A stretch of 55,682 nucleotides of DNA from a virus. Its lineage: Duplodnaviria; Caudoviricetes. Shown here in pieces: positions 36,124 to 46,503 of the stretch; the stretch's first letter is position 1; the number at the start of each line of letters is the position of its first letter. Below the pieces are notes generated by a model. That model searched no databases and was not told where the DNA came from. It saw only the letters and a list, made by a program, of their open reading frames with translations. Both the position numbers and the translations under genes were made by a program. The stretch is from positions 1 to 55,682 of the IMG/VR virus record IMGVR_UViG_3300036850_000029. One strand, written 5' to 3'.

Positions 36124-36550
36124 GTGCTTCCTTCCAAACATGAGCCAGCTTGTCTGACTCGATCTTTTCCCTCATCGCTTGGCCGATCTCCATTGCGTTC
36201 TTTCCCGGCATCGCGTGAGCCACATCCATGAACATCGCCATACAGCCGAGCTTTATTCTGTCCATGTCTTGTGCGCGACCGGTGTCAGATAACGCCTCTC
36301 GAATCTTGCCGAACGTCTGAATGTCATCCCAACCATGCTCCATTGCGCTTGCGAAATAGTGGGGGATTGAAACGACACAGGACCGTTTCTCCGCTTCATC
36401 CATTGTGTTCGTCAATGGCAGCCCGTGTGTATCTGCCATCTGGAAAGCCCCACCAAGCACCATCCTGCCATCAGCCGTGAAACCACACAGACACAATGGC
36501 CCACTCAGTGGCACGGACAAGCTTGGGTGAGATGTATAGGCTTCAGCCAT
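36116..36550 (-). CDS. Hypothetical protein
   Basis: Packed ORF. Confidence 0.55.
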   Translation of the reverse strand: MAEAYTSHPSLSVPLSGPLCLCGFTADGRMVLGGAFQMADTHGLPLTNTMDEAEKRSCVVSIPHYFASAMEHGWDDIQTFGKIREALSDTGRAQDMDRIKLGCMAMFMDVAHAMPGKNAMEIGQAMREKIESDKLAHVWKEAHG

Positions 36551-36551
36551 G

Positions 36552-36938
36552 TTACGCGACTTTCACCGTACGGCGAGTGTACTTACGTTTCACTCTTGGT
36601 TGTTCGATTGCCACCGGGGGGATTGATCGTGCAGTCGGAACTGGCGGGATTGGATTAAGTTTGGGCCTCGTCACCACCAAATGCGGAATCTCACCCAACA
36701 CATTCCCGTTCTTCGTATCCACAACTTCCCTGATCGTTGGCGCTCGAAACAGCTTATCAATATACTGCCCCACATAAGGCAACACTTCCTTGGCAACGAT
36801 ATATTCGATCCCGTCAAACTTGCCTCGCTGATAATCAGCGAAAATCTTTCCTTGATGCTGGACGACAGCCTTGGCGTCCATGACAGAGTTGATACGCAAT
36901 TCGAGATAACGTTGAGCAGGTTTTGTTGGGGCAGGCAT
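36552..36938 (-). CDS. Hypothetical protein with basic tail
   Basis: Packed ORF. Confidence 0.6.
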   Translation of the reverse strand: MPAPTKPAQRYLELRINSVMDAKAVVQHQGKIFADYQRGKFDGIEYIVAKEVLPYVGQYIDKLFRAPTIREVVDTKNGNVLGEIPHLVVTRPKLNPIPPVPTARSIPPVAIEQPRVKRKYTRRTVKVA

Positions 36939-37157
36939 AGGTTATGGGTTTGTGGGTTGTTCGCCCGGTTTCAATAATGGAAATGGGAAAAGATTTGGGT
37001 CCATCGGATCTGGGCGGTCATTAATGCTGAAAGTCCCACCATTCTTTTCCACCATCTTTCTGATGTGTTCCAGAACTTCTGGCGGTTTCAAGGGTTCTGG
37101 GAGTTCAGCATTCATGGTTGTCCGAAACCTTGATACGCCATATCTTCCAGTCACGCA

Positions 37158-38957
37158 ATGGAAAATGCCAACCAGCCAAAGCCGGACCTTAAACCCGGCC
37201 AGATTTTCAAATACGGCACCATCTGGCAGGCTCAGGATGATCTGGATATCGAGATGGCCGCATTTAGGGCAGGCGGTAAATGGAAGAATTCAAAGGGCGA
37301 AGATTGCGGAAACGGTTTGTTCTTTCATGCCAAGGAATTTCAGAAGCTCCTTTGGCCACACAAGAAATGGCACAAATGGAATGACCTTCTCCTGTCCAAA
37401 TACTGCGAGTACAGAATTGTTGGCGTCATGGGACCGGCTTCAAGCACCAAAACTCACGAAGCTTCTGCTTGGGCGCTCATTAATTATTTTGCTTACTCGG
37501 ATGAAATAACCATCCTCGTTTCCTCAACAGACAGCCGAGGCTTGGAACTCCGTGTCTGGGGTGAAATCAAGAAATACTGGTCTTTGGCCAAGGAACGATA
37601 CAGCAACCTTCCCGGGCACATCATGGACAGCCGAACCATGATTACCACCAATGGCCGGGAAATGGATGTTCGCGATTTCCGAAACGGCATTGTTGGCATT
37701 CCGTGCGTCGTCAATCATACCTATGTTGGAATCGGAAAATATGCCGGGATTAAGAACAAAAGAGTCATCCTGATAGGTGACGAATTACAGTTCATGGCAG
37801 GATCATTCCTTGAGGCGATTGCCAACTTGGACAGTAACCAGAGCTTTCAATGCATTGGCATGGGCAATCCAAAGGACCAGAACGACGCCCTTGGAAAGCT
37901 ATGTGAGCCATCCGATAAGGACGGAGGCTGGGAAGGCAGAGACATTTCTCCCAAGACAAAGACGTGGCGCACACGGTTTATGGATGGCATCTGCATTCAG
38001 CTTTACGGCACCGATTCTCCAAACTTTGATGTGCCAGAAGGACAACCCGCACCTTTCCCGTTCATCATAACCCGCAAGAAAGTTCAGAACGTCATCGAGT
38101 TTTACGGCAAGGATTCGATGCAATATTGGATGCAATGCATCGGGGACATGCCCGATGAATCCATTGGAAAACGTGTTCTGACTCGCGCTTTCTGCGTTAA
38201 ATTCCACGCCCTTGAAGAAGCTGTTTGGGACATCGAACCATCTCTCAAGATAGTAGGCTTGGACGCTGGTTACGGTGGCGACCGTTGCGTTCTCACGGAA
38301 CTGCACATTGGCCGAGACGTTAAAGGCAGACAGATCATGGCCTTTGCCGGTAAACCCGTGATTGTGCCTGTCTCTGTTGGTCGAGGAAACGATTTGCCGG
38401 AGGATCAGATAGCACGGTTTGTGATGAACTACTGCAATGACAGAGGGATTAAGCCGGAAAATGTCTTCTTCGATTCAACCGGACGCGGCACATTGGGAAC
38501 TTCATTCGCTCGCCTATGGTCCGCACAGGTTCAACCCGTCGAATTTGGTGGAGTCGCTTCGGACAGGCCGGTATCCGCTCAGATCCGAACACCGTGCAAA
38601 GATCATTACAGCAAATTTGTCACTGAACTTTGGTTCTCAGTCCGTCGCATAATTGAGTCAGATCAATTTCGTCAGCTACCCGAAGAAGTCATGGCTGAAG
38701 GCTGTATGCGGGAATACAAAATCGTCTCAAGAAATAGGGAGGAGATCGAGACTAAGGACGAAATGAAGTTGAGAATGGGAAGATCTCCCGACCTTTTCGA
38801 CTCGCTTTGTTGCGGGGTGGAAGGCGCCCGTCAACGTGGCTTTCAGATAGCTGGTTTAGGCGAACAACGCAAGGGTTCTGACCAGAAATGGCTCCGTGAT
38901 TTATTCGCCAAATCTCAAAGGTTGAATAAACGTGAGCAATTGATTTATACTCCCTGA
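37158..38957 (+). CDS. terL: Terminase large subunit
   Basis: ATPase GPASSTKT, ILIGDE, GMGNP; nuclease GLDAGYGGD, FDSTG, SPDLFDS. Confidence 0.9.
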   Translation: MENANQPKPDLKPGQIFKYGTIWQAQDDLDIEMAAFRAGGKWKNSKGEDCGNGLFFHAKEFQKLLWPHKKWHKWNDLLLSKYCEYRIVGVMGPASSTKTHEASAWALINYFAYSDEITILVSSTDSRGLELRVWGEIKKYWSLAKERYSNLPGHIMDSRTMITTNGREMDVRDFRNGIVGIPCVVNHTYVGIGKYAGIKNKRVILIGDELQFMAGSFLEAIANLDSNQSFQCIGMGNPKDQNDALGKLCEPSDKDGGWEGRDISPKTKTWRTRFMDGICIQLYGTDSPNFDVPEGQPAPFPFIITRKKVQNVIEFYGKDSMQYWMQCIGDMPDESIGKRVLTRAFCVKFHALEEAVWDIEPSLKIVGLDAGYGGDRCVLTELHIGRDVKGRQIMAFAGKPVIVPVSVGRGNDLPEDQIARFVMNYCNDRGIKPENVFFDSTGRGTLGTSFARLWSAQVQPVEFGGVASDRPVSAQIRTPCKDHYSKFVTELWFSVRRIIESDQFRQLPEEVMAEGCMREYKIVSRNREEIETKDEMKLRMGRSPDLFDSLCCGVEGARQRGFQIAGLGEQRKGSDQKWLRDLFAKSQRLNKREQLIYTP

Positions 38958-38960
38958 GTC

Positions 38961-39677
38961 ATGCCTCTTAAGCTTAGAAAAGGTTTTCCTCCCGGTGGCT
39001 GGCAGTTCTTCCAACCCGAAACCGGCTGGAGCGCACCATTCCCATTGGCAGATGGCTTTGACAAGACAGTCAGCCGCATCATAAACCATCGTCTGGCCAA
39101 TCCTCGATTCCCTTTTGCCACCGATTACAACACGGTTGCCGATCAACTCGACAAATTCACCTGTCACCGGCTGAAATTCGATCCACATTACTGCGACGGG
39201 GTTGAAGCCGATAAAAAAAAAGACGTTCCACGCCGTATTCCACAAAACAGGCCATTAATCTCAGCAAGTTTGCAAACGCTCCAAAGAAAGTTTGTCGAAG
39301 CTGTAACAAACGTTAAACGTTCGGCAGTCGGCGCTCGGATTCTGAACGATTGGATCGGTCACGGCAGTCATCCTGTCGCGCAACCAATCGCTGAACGACG
39401 CGGCGCAACATGCGCGGCTTGTCCGCTCAATTCCAAGGAAGCAGATTGGATGTTTGGCATACCAAAAGCCGTGGCAGTTGCCATTCATGAACATCGCCGT
39501 GTGAAATCTCAGTTAGCCTTGAAAGTCAGCATGGAAGATCAGCTTGGAACATGCACCGCTTGCGGTTGCCAGAATGCACTGGCAGTGTGGGTTCCTATTC
39601 AGCACATTCGCAAGCTGACACCCAAGGATATTGCAGCCAAACTGGACAAGAATTGCTGGAAACTCAATGAACCATAA
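38961..39677 (+). CDS. Cys-rich hypothetical protein
   Basis: CAAC...CTACGC...CW. Confidence 0.6.
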   Translation: MPLKLRKGFPPGGWQFFQPETGWSAPFPLADGFDKTVSRIINHRLANPRFPFATDYNTVADQLDKFTCHRLKFDPHYCDGVEADKKKDVPRRIPQNRPLISASLQTLQRKFVEAVTNVKRSAVGARILNDWIGHGSHPVAQPIAERRGATCAACPLNSKEADWMFGIPKAVAVAIHEHRRVKSQLALKVSMEDQLGTCTACGCQNALAVWVPIQHIRKLTPKDIAAKLDKNCWKLNEP

Positions 39678-39682
39678 AGACT

Positions 39683-39874
39683 ATGAAATTCACAATGGCA
39701 GTATTATTTAGCGCACTAGCATTCGTGGCACTGTTTATTTTTGTGATAATCCCATTGATGGATTCATGGAACGCAAGGGCTGACGTAAAGGCGTTTTGCA
39801 CCGTATCTATAGTGCTTTTTCTGGCGTTCATGATGGGACACTTCGGACACAAAAAGTCAGGTAATTGGAAATGA
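39683..39874 (+). CDS. Small two-TM membrane protein
   Basis: Two hydrophobic helices. Confidence 0.55.
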   Translation: MKFTMAVLFSALAFVALFIFVIIPLMDSWNARADVKAFCTVSIVLFLAFMMGHFGHKKSGNWK

Positions 39875-40662
39875 ACTTCCTCTGCATCATTCCGTTTCAC
39901 AAAGGCGATGCCCAGCTTGCTGAGGAGTTGTTGCGCTGGATAATTGAGCTTGGAGGTTGTCGCAAGCACCGTTGTCTGCTCGTTGCCGATGCCAGTGTGC
40001 ATCTGAACATGACAGATGCGCTTACCACGCTCGCAAGGGAAGCTTTCGGAAAGGCAACCATCGCTTACGTTGACGATATCAAGACTTCATGGCCGAAGGC
40101 GTCTAATCAGATGTTCAAACACGCCGCTATTCACGCTGCCAAATGGGAACATTGCCCGTTCTTCTGGTGCGAACCGGATTGCATCCCGCTCAGATCGTCC
40201 TGGTTGGATGAAATCGCCAATGAATACGCCCGATGCAACAAGCCGTTCATGGGCAAACTCGTTTCCACCGATCAACACGGGATGCCCGCCCTTCACATGA
40301 ACGGAAATGCCGTGTATCCGCATGATGTTGGCCTCCGTTTATCCACTGTTTTGAACGGCGATCAGGCTTGGGACATTGCTTCGGCTGATATCACTGTGAA
40401 AGATGCTTTCAACACGCCGTTGATCCATCATTTCTGGGGAAGGTTCGATTTGCCGCCGCATTTCGAGGACTACCGCACACGCCATAGCGCCGAGAACACG
40501 CTCACGTTGCAGAATATCCCAAAGAAAGCTGTCCTTTTTCACCGTTGCAAAGATGGGTCACTCATAAGAGTGTTGCGCCAACGCTTCAATAACGACGCTT
40601 TCACACCCTTAATCCATAACGCCGCTGGCAAGCAGAAGACAATTGCCGTGAATACAGATTGA
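39871..40662 (+). CDS. GT-A-like glycosyltransferase
   Basis: IIPF N-terminal strand, FFWCEPDCIPL...WL, HMNG.AVY. Confidence 0.55.
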   Translation: MNFLCIIPFHKGDAQLAEELLRWIIELGGCRKHRCLLVADASVHLNMTDALTTLAREAFGKATIAYVDDIKTSWPKASNQMFKHAAIHAAKWEHCPFFWCEPDCIPLRSSWLDEIANEYARCNKPFMGKLVSTDQHGMPALHMNGNAVYPHDVGLRLSTVLNGDQAWDIASADITVKDAFNTPLIHHFWGRFDLPPHFEDYRTRHSAENTLTLQNIPKKAVLFHRCKDGSLIRVLRQRFNNDAFTPLIHNAAGKQKTIAVNTD

Positions 40663-42917
40663 AATTTAACGACGCTGACAAGGTATCGGAAGTGGTGATG
40701 TACATGAAGCAAGCCGATCTTCCGCGCTCTGCCAATCGTGCGAAGATCAATCAACTGTTCAACGGCGACCCGCCTTACACCGAAGAAGAAGCTCTTGAGA
40801 GCAAGGTGCAGATCAACGTCAACTTTCTTGAAGCCGCCAAGATCGCTCACGACGCTCGTTCAGCCTACGAAAACGCTTTCCTGAAGCCTGGTAACTATTT
40901 CTCAGTCACGTTGGATTCAGGCCCTCAACACAAACGTTCTGCATGGGGGAAGATCATCACCAAAGCCATCAACCGTTGCATGAAGAAGTCGGCGGCTTAT
41001 ATGGACGTGATCCGATCAACCGGCGCGTCGTCTGTTCTTCACGGCATCGGCCCTGTTGTCTGGGATGATCGCAACAAATGGTGCCCGTGCGCCATTGGCG
41101 TCGAGGATGTCCTTGTTCCTTCCGGCACGCGAGTAAGCCTAGATAACATGAGCCATTTCGCTGTGTATCGGCAATACACACAGGCGCGGCTGTTTCGCAT
41201 GACACACGGGGACAAGCGAGATCCAGGTTGGAACATGGAGGTTGTAAATCAGGAATTGAAACGTGTTCGCACTCAAGACATGCAGACAACCAGTTATCGG
41301 GACCTTGAAAGCCCTGAGAAACTTGCCGAGTTATATCGTCAAAACCTTGGCTTTTACGAATCGGATTGCACCCCAACCGTGGATTGCTGGGAGTTCTATT
41401 TTCAGGATGACAAGGACGGTGAATGGCAACGGCGCATCGTGTTGGATTACGAATCCAAACAGGACACAACCAAGTTTCTCTACTCATCCAAGCGCATTTA
41501 CGCCAAGAACCTGTCGAACACACTGCATATCCAGTTTGCTGATGGCGCAAACGTGGCCCCGTTCAAATATCATTCCATCCGATCACTGGGTTACTTGCTC
41601 TACGCCGTATGCCGCATCAATAACCGGCTCAGGGGGCGTTTCCTTGAAGCCGCTTTTGAAGCGATGAAATGGTATTTCAGGGCTGCCAGCGCGGAGGATC
41701 GGGAACGATTGGAGAAGGTTGATTTATTCCATCAAGGCATCATTCCCATGGGCATTGAATGGGTGCCTGCCAATGAACGGTTTCAGGTTCGGGAACAACT
41801 CATTCAGGCTGCCATGTCTCAGAATCGGCAGAGCATGTCTGAGAACTCGTCCAGTTTCACTCAGGACGTGAACGATGGAACCGAAAAAGAACTGACAGCC
41901 ACGGAAACAATGGCCCGTGTGAATCAGGCCGCTGCGCTCGTTTCGTCCATGCTCAATCGCGCTTACAACTACCAGTATTTTCAGTATCGCGAGATTGGAC
42001 GCCGTTTCTGCATCAAAGATTCCGATGACGCATCGGTTAAGAAATTTCAGGAAGAATGCGAGAAAGCCGGTGTTCCCAAAGAGATCCTGAACGTTGAACG
42101 CTGGCACATCGAGCCCGAGCGCGTGCTTGGTGCTGGGAACAAATCACTCGAAATCGCCCAAGCCAACGCGCTAATGGCCGTCCGCAATCTTCACGATCCT
42201 GAACCTCAACGAAAAATCCTGCACATCTACGATATGGCAATGACGGACAACCCGGATCTCGCCGATAGTCTGGTTCCAGTTACACAGAAACAAGTCAGTG
42301 ACACAGTTCACGACGCCGAACTTTCCATTGGCACGTTGTTGCTTGGACTGCCTGTCTCGATCAAGACCGGCATGAATCACATCGAATACGTCGAGACATT
42401 GATTCGTGGCATCGCTGCCATGGTGGCTCGCATTGAGCAGACAGGCGGCATGGCTACGCAACAGGAGATCATCGGGCTTCAAAACGTGGCGCAGCACATC
42501 GGTCAACACGTTGAGATCATTGCTCAGGATAAAAACGAGAAGCAAAGGGTGAAACAATACGGTGATGCGCTTGGCAAGCTGATGAACATGGTCAAGGCGT
42601 ATGCGCAACGGTTGCAGGAACAGCAGCAGCAACAGGCTGGGAACGGTGGTTTGCCACCTGAAGCCTTGGCCAAGATCCAGTCAGCCACGATCCTTGCTCA
42701 GACCAATGCGAAGATCAAAGAAGCGAAGGCCGCGCAACAGATGCAGCATAAAGACGCTTCGTTTGCGGCTGGCGAACAGCGCAAAAACGTTCAGTTACAA
42801 CAGGATTTACAGCGTGACTTGGCACAAACAAACGTGGACATTGCAGCGCAAGACCTGACAACACAGGCTGAAATCGTCAGGCAAGGACGTAAACCACAGA
42901 AGCCACCGACACAATGA
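40659..42917 (+). CDS. Portal protein
   Basis: 752 aa after terL, LTATE motif, Q-rich C-terminal coiled coil. Confidence 0.8.
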   Translation: MKFNDADKVSEVVMYMKQADLPRSANRAKINQLFNGDPPYTEEEALESKVQINVNFLEAAKIAHDARSAYENAFLKPGNYFSVTLDSGPQHKRSAWGKIITKAINRCMKKSAAYMDVIRSTGASSVLHGIGPVVWDDRNKWCPCAIGVEDVLVPSGTRVSLDNMSHFAVYRQYTQARLFRMTHGDKRDPGWNMEVVNQELKRVRTQDMQTTSYRDLESPEKLAELYRQNLGFYESDCTPTVDCWEFYFQDDKDGEWQRRIVLDYESKQDTTKFLYSSKRIYAKNLSNTLHIQFADGANVAPFKYHSIRSLGYLLYAVCRINNRLRGRFLEAAFEAMKWYFRAASAEDRERLEKVDLFHQGIIPMGIEWVPANERFQVREQLIQAAMSQNRQSMSENSSSFTQDVNDGTEKELTATETMARVNQAAALVSSMLNRAYNYQYFQYREIGRRFCIKDSDDASVKKFQEECEKAGVPKEILNVERWHIEPERVLGAGNKSLEIAQANALMAVRNLHDPEPQRKILHIYDMAMTDNPDLADSLVPVTQKQVSDTVHDAELSIGTLLLGLPVSIKTGMNHIEYVETLIRGIAAMVARIEQTGGMATQQEIIGLQNVAQHIGQHVEIIAQDKNEKQRVKQYGDALGKLMNMVKAYAQRLQEQQQQQAGNGGLPPEALAKIQSATILAQTNAKIKEAKAAQQMQHKDASFAAGEQRKNVQLQQDLQRDLAQTNVDIAAQDLTTQAEIVRQGRKPQKPPTQ

Positions 42918-43186
42918 CCCTCTCCCCTAAATCTCGCTTCCTGAAGACGACCGAATCAAAAGCTCACCTTGATCTTGTGACTCAGGATTATTTCCAGACC
43001 GCCTTGACCGTTGCCTTGGCTGAGATGGAGATGAACATGCCGCCTCCCGGCAGCCCCACGAACGGCTGGGATAACGCCAGTCAGATGCAAGGCGCAAAAC
43101 GTTTCATTGAAGTTCTACTCAATTTGGCCGAACCTCCCGCACCGCAGAAGAAACCTGTCAGCGAAACCCTTAAACCCATAAACTGA
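42914..43186 (+). CDS. Small head-associated protein
   Basis: QMQGAKRFIE.L.NL pattern after portal. Confidence 0.55.
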   Translation: MTLSPKSRFLKTTESKAHLDLVTQDYFQTALTVALAEMEMNMPPPGSPTNGWDNASQMQGAKRFIEVLLNLAEPPAPQKKPVSETLKPIN

Positions 43187-43187
43187 T

Positions 43188-44450
43188 ATGCCAGCCGCAC
43201 CCGCCGCTCCTCCGACTGAATCGGCCCCTGCCGCTCCCGCTCCAGCGGCCAAGCCAGATTCAGGGCCATTTGTCCCTCCACCACGGCCACCGGCTTCCGA
43301 ACGGTTCGCTGATGAATTTGCTGAGTTTGATCGTGTGGCTGCCGGTGATACTGCCAAGCCCGATCCCAAGCCCACGGAAAAGAAGGCTGAGAAACCTGCC
43401 AAGCCAGTTGAGAAACCCGCTGAGAAAGTTGAGAAGGCGGTTGAGAAATCAGAGGAGAAGGTTGCTGAACCGGTCGATCCAAAAGAACCGAATGTTGATC
43501 CGGCTGAAGCTGTAGAGACGCCTGACAAGAAATTCCAAACCGCCAGGGAGGTTCGGGAATGGGGCCAGTCGTTGCACCGTGAGAACGTCGCGTTGAAGAA
43601 GCAGATGGAAGAACTCAAGAACGCCAAGCCCAAGGACGATCCAACCAAAACGTATCAGGAAAAGCTCGCTGAGATGGAAAAGCGCCAGCAGCAGCTTCAG
43701 GAAGAACTGAAGTTCACCAATTACGAGCGCAGCGACGAGTACAAGCAACAATACATGGTGCCACTGCACAAGGCGTATCAGGCTGCATTCAACGATCTGG
43801 CCGAGATCACTGTTGAGGCTGATGACGGCACGACTCGTAAAGCAACCGAAGACGATTTCCGAGTTGTCACCCAACTGCCTCTTGGATTGGCCAAGGCCAA
43901 GGCTCGCGAGTTGTTCGGTGATCTGGCCGAAGATGTCATGGCACATCGTCGCCGTGTCATCGAACTGAACGAGGCACGCAAGGAAGCTCTCGAAACCTAC
44001 AAGACCAAGGGCGTTGAACGAGAACAACAGACCGCTGCACAACGCGAAGCTGCGCGTAAAGCGCGTCAGGAACTATTCGAGGCGTCCATCAAGGAAGCTC
44101 CTGAGAAGTTCCCTGAATACTTCGCGCCAATCGAAGGGGACGATGAAGGCAATGCACTTCTGGAATCTGGAAACAAACTCGCTGACATGGCGTTTAAAGG
44201 CGCTCAGGGCCTATCTGAAGAAGCCCTTGTCAAAGCTCATGCAGAGGTTCGCCTTCGCGCAGGCGCGTTCAGCCGTGAAGTCCTAAAGAACAAACGGCTT
44301 AAGGAACGAGTTGCTGCTCTTGAAGAAGAACTGAAAGCGTTCAAGGCTTCAGAGCCGACTGGAGGCGACACAGGCCGTGACGAGACTGCCCGTGAACTGT
44401 CCGTTGAAGAAGAAATCGACGCCATAGCCGCAGGAAGGAAAGCTGCCTGA
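43188..44450 (+). CDS. Scaffolding protein
   Basis: P/E/K-rich N-terminus, long coiled coil. Confidence 0.7.
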   Translation: MPAAPAAPPTESAPAAPAPAAKPDSGPFVPPPRPPASERFADEFAEFDRVAAGDTAKPDPKPTEKKAEKPAKPVEKPAEKVEKAVEKSEEKVAEPVDPKEPNVDPAEAVETPDKKFQTAREVREWGQSLHRENVALKKQMEELKNAKPKDDPTKTYQEKLAEMEKRQQQLQEELKFTNYERSDEYKQQYMVPLHKAYQAAFNDLAEITVEADDGTTRKATEDDFRVVTQLPLGLAKAKARELFGDLAEDVMAHRRRVIELNEARKEALETYKTKGVEREQQTAAQREAARKARQELFEASIKEAPEKFPEYFAPIEGDDEGNALLESGNKLADMAFKGAQGLSEEALVKAHAEVRLRAGAFSREVLKNKRLKERVAALEEELKAFKASEPTGGDTGRDETARELSVEEEIDAIAAGRKAA

Positions 44451-44453
44451 TGC

Positions 44454-45272
44454 GTGAACACCACTGCTTTTACAATCGTTCTGAACGGCGCACTGACAAT
44501 CGAACAGTGCATCCGTCATCACGCGCCGTTGTTTGATCGGTATGTCGTGGTTGAAGGGGCGGCTATGCGTTGCAAGTCCCAGCCAAGAGGCGATGGCCGG
44601 TGGCTCACTGGAGGTAAGAAGAATTCAACAGACGGCACAGTTGAAATCCTTCAACGGCTTGAGGACGAGATTCCCAATCTGAAAGTCATCTACGCCAAGA
44701 AAGTGTGGAATGGGAAGTTGGAGATGTTTCAGGAAGCCCTCAATCACACCGATTATGGGCTTGTGTGGCAGATAGACTCCGACGAGTACTGGCGACCATC
44801 GGACGTGTCGAAGATGAACCGATACATGGAATCGGAGACACATTTCACTGACGCTGAGTTTTGGGCTTTTCACTTTTGGTCAAGCCCGTTTCTTCACACT
44901 GAACTTAAACCCACGGCTTGGGGAAACATTGTACCATGGAGGCGATTGTTCCGGTTTTCCAAAGGCGATTCAGCATTGTCACACGAGCCACCATTGATGA
45001 GGAGGAGGAACAAGGATGTTGTTGCTCGCAGAACTCAAACATCAAGCATGGGTGTCTATCTGTTTCATTACGGTTATTGTCTCAGAGAGCAATTCAGGCA
45101 GAGAGAGGTTTTTTACAATTTGAAAGAGGGAGAACTTACTCAAGAGTTGGATGCATTTTTAGGTGGATGCGGATCTCCACCGTGTGGGGCGCTCGTTGAA
45201 TACAAAAGACAGCACCCAATTTCGATTGACTTTCTTCTTGAAAAGCGCAACATGCTTGCGCATAGTCTATGA
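44454..45272 (+). CDS. GT2-like glycosyltransferase
   Basis: VVVEGA, STDGT.EIL, WQIDSDE, HYGY. Confidence 0.8.
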   Translation: MNTTAFTIVLNGALTIEQCIRHHAPLFDRYVVVEGAAMRCKSQPRGDGRWLTGGKKNSTDGTVEILQRLEDEIPNLKVIYAKKVWNGKLEMFQEALNHTDYGLVWQIDSDEYWRPSDVSKMNRYMESETHFTDAEFWAFHFWSSPFLHTELKPTAWGNIVPWRRLFRFSKGDSALSHEPPLMRRRNKDVVARRTQTSSMGVYLFHYGYCLREQFRQREVFYNLKEGELTQELDAFLGGCGSPPCGALVEYKRQHPISIDFLLEKRNMLAHSL

Positions 45273-45884
45273 ATGCAAAGGAAATCATCTCTGAACATTA
45301 CAGGCGTATTGGATCTTCCGGAGGAAAGTCCGGCATTGGGAAGGCGAAAGCGCGACCGTCATGGCAGGCTAAAATGGCTGCCGACGCGAGATGGTCTAAA
45401 TCCAAGAACGCGCGAGGGAGCCATATTAGACTTCAAGAATAGAGTATCAATTGATGCCGCTACAGGATGCTGGATCTGGATGGGTCATATAAGGCCAGAT
45501 GGATATGGGCGCTTCATGTTTGCTAATGAGATTTACGCGAACCGTGCCAGTTGGGCTTTGTTTAATGGTAGCATTCCTGATGGCATGATGGTGCTTCACA
45601 AATGCCCCAATGGACATAATCGGAGCTGTGTTAATCCTAATCATCTTTACCTTGGAACACATTTACAGAATATGGCCGACAAGCAATTGAACGGCACGAA
45701 CCGATCATCATACGGAGAAACTCACTATAGAGCGTTGTTAACCGATGAACAGGTTAAAGAAATAAGACGTGTTCATCGGAAAGGAATTCGTGGATTCGGG
45801 ATGAGGGCTTTGTCTAAACGATTTGGAGTCGCAGAATCGACTGTCTTTGCAATTATTCATAGAATAAACTGGAAGCACATTTAA
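45273..45884 (+). CDS. HNH homing endonuclease with C-terminal HTH
   Basis: GCWIW.G...GYG...VLHKC...CVNPNHL..GT..QN. Confidence 0.9.
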   Translation: MQRKSSLNITGVLDLPEESPALGRRKRDRHGRLKWLPTRDGLNPRTREGAILDFKNRVSIDAATGCWIWMGHIRPDGYGRFMFANEIYANRASWALFNGSIPDGMMVLHKCPNGHNRSCVNPNHLYLGTHLQNMADKQLNGTNRSSYGETHYRALLTDEQVKEIRRVHRKGIRGFGMRALSKRFGVAESTVFAIIHRINWKHI

Positions 45885-45888
45885 TCCC

Positions 45889-46503
45889 ATGCACAACTCG
45901 CTTGAATTCGGCATAGCCATGAGCGGTTGCGCACCCGCTCTGATCGGTTGCATGTCGCCCATGATTGATCCAGAGAAACATTTCGTCTATGCCGAGATCG
46001 GTATAGCTGAAGCTCGCACCCTGGTTGCCGTTGCTTCGATCATTGAGACGATGACACCAAACTTCACCTGTCACGGTATAGACATTGAATCCGGCTGGTC
46101 GCTGAACATGGATGAAGTCAGGCAACGCACTGAACCGTTCGGGGACAAGATTAAGATTCACCTGAACGGTTCAACCGACTTCCTGAATTCATCACCAGAT
46201 CACTCGATTGACTTCCTGTTGATCGACGGTTGCCATGAGAAAGATTGTGCGGCAAAGGATTTTGAGGATGCCTGCACTCGGATAAAGTCGGGGGGCTACG
46301 TGGCTTTCCATGACACGGCAGATTTCATGCAGGGCGTGCAACCGCAGCCGCACAACAATCAACCGTGCAATGTTCTGGCCGCATTGGAATCGGTTGGATT
46401 GCTTCACGATCACAGACCGGGTTGGAAGCTGCACTGGGAAGTCAAAGGCGTTGAAGGCGGCGAGAACAACGGCATGATGATCTTCAAGAAAAATGGAGAC
46501 TAG
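45889..46503 (+). CDS. Class I SAM methyltransferase (Methyltransf_24-like)
   Basis: EIG, GID, LLIDGCH, GGYVAFHD. Confidence 0.85.
   Translation: MHNSLEFGIAMSGCAPALIGCMSPMIDPEKHFVYAEIGIAEARTLVAVASIIETMTPNFTCHGIDIESGWSLNMDEVRQRTEPFGDKIKIHLNGSTDFLNSSPDHSIDFLLIDGCHEKDCAAKDFEDACTRIKSGGYVAFHDTADFMQGVQPQPHNNQPCNVLAALESVGLLHDHRPGWKLHWEVKGVEGGENNGMMIFKKNGD

Noticed and set aside
36116-36550. MAEA N-termini shared by the 36123, 36550 and MCP genes
   Set aside because: Common start sequence; no similarity beyond a few residues
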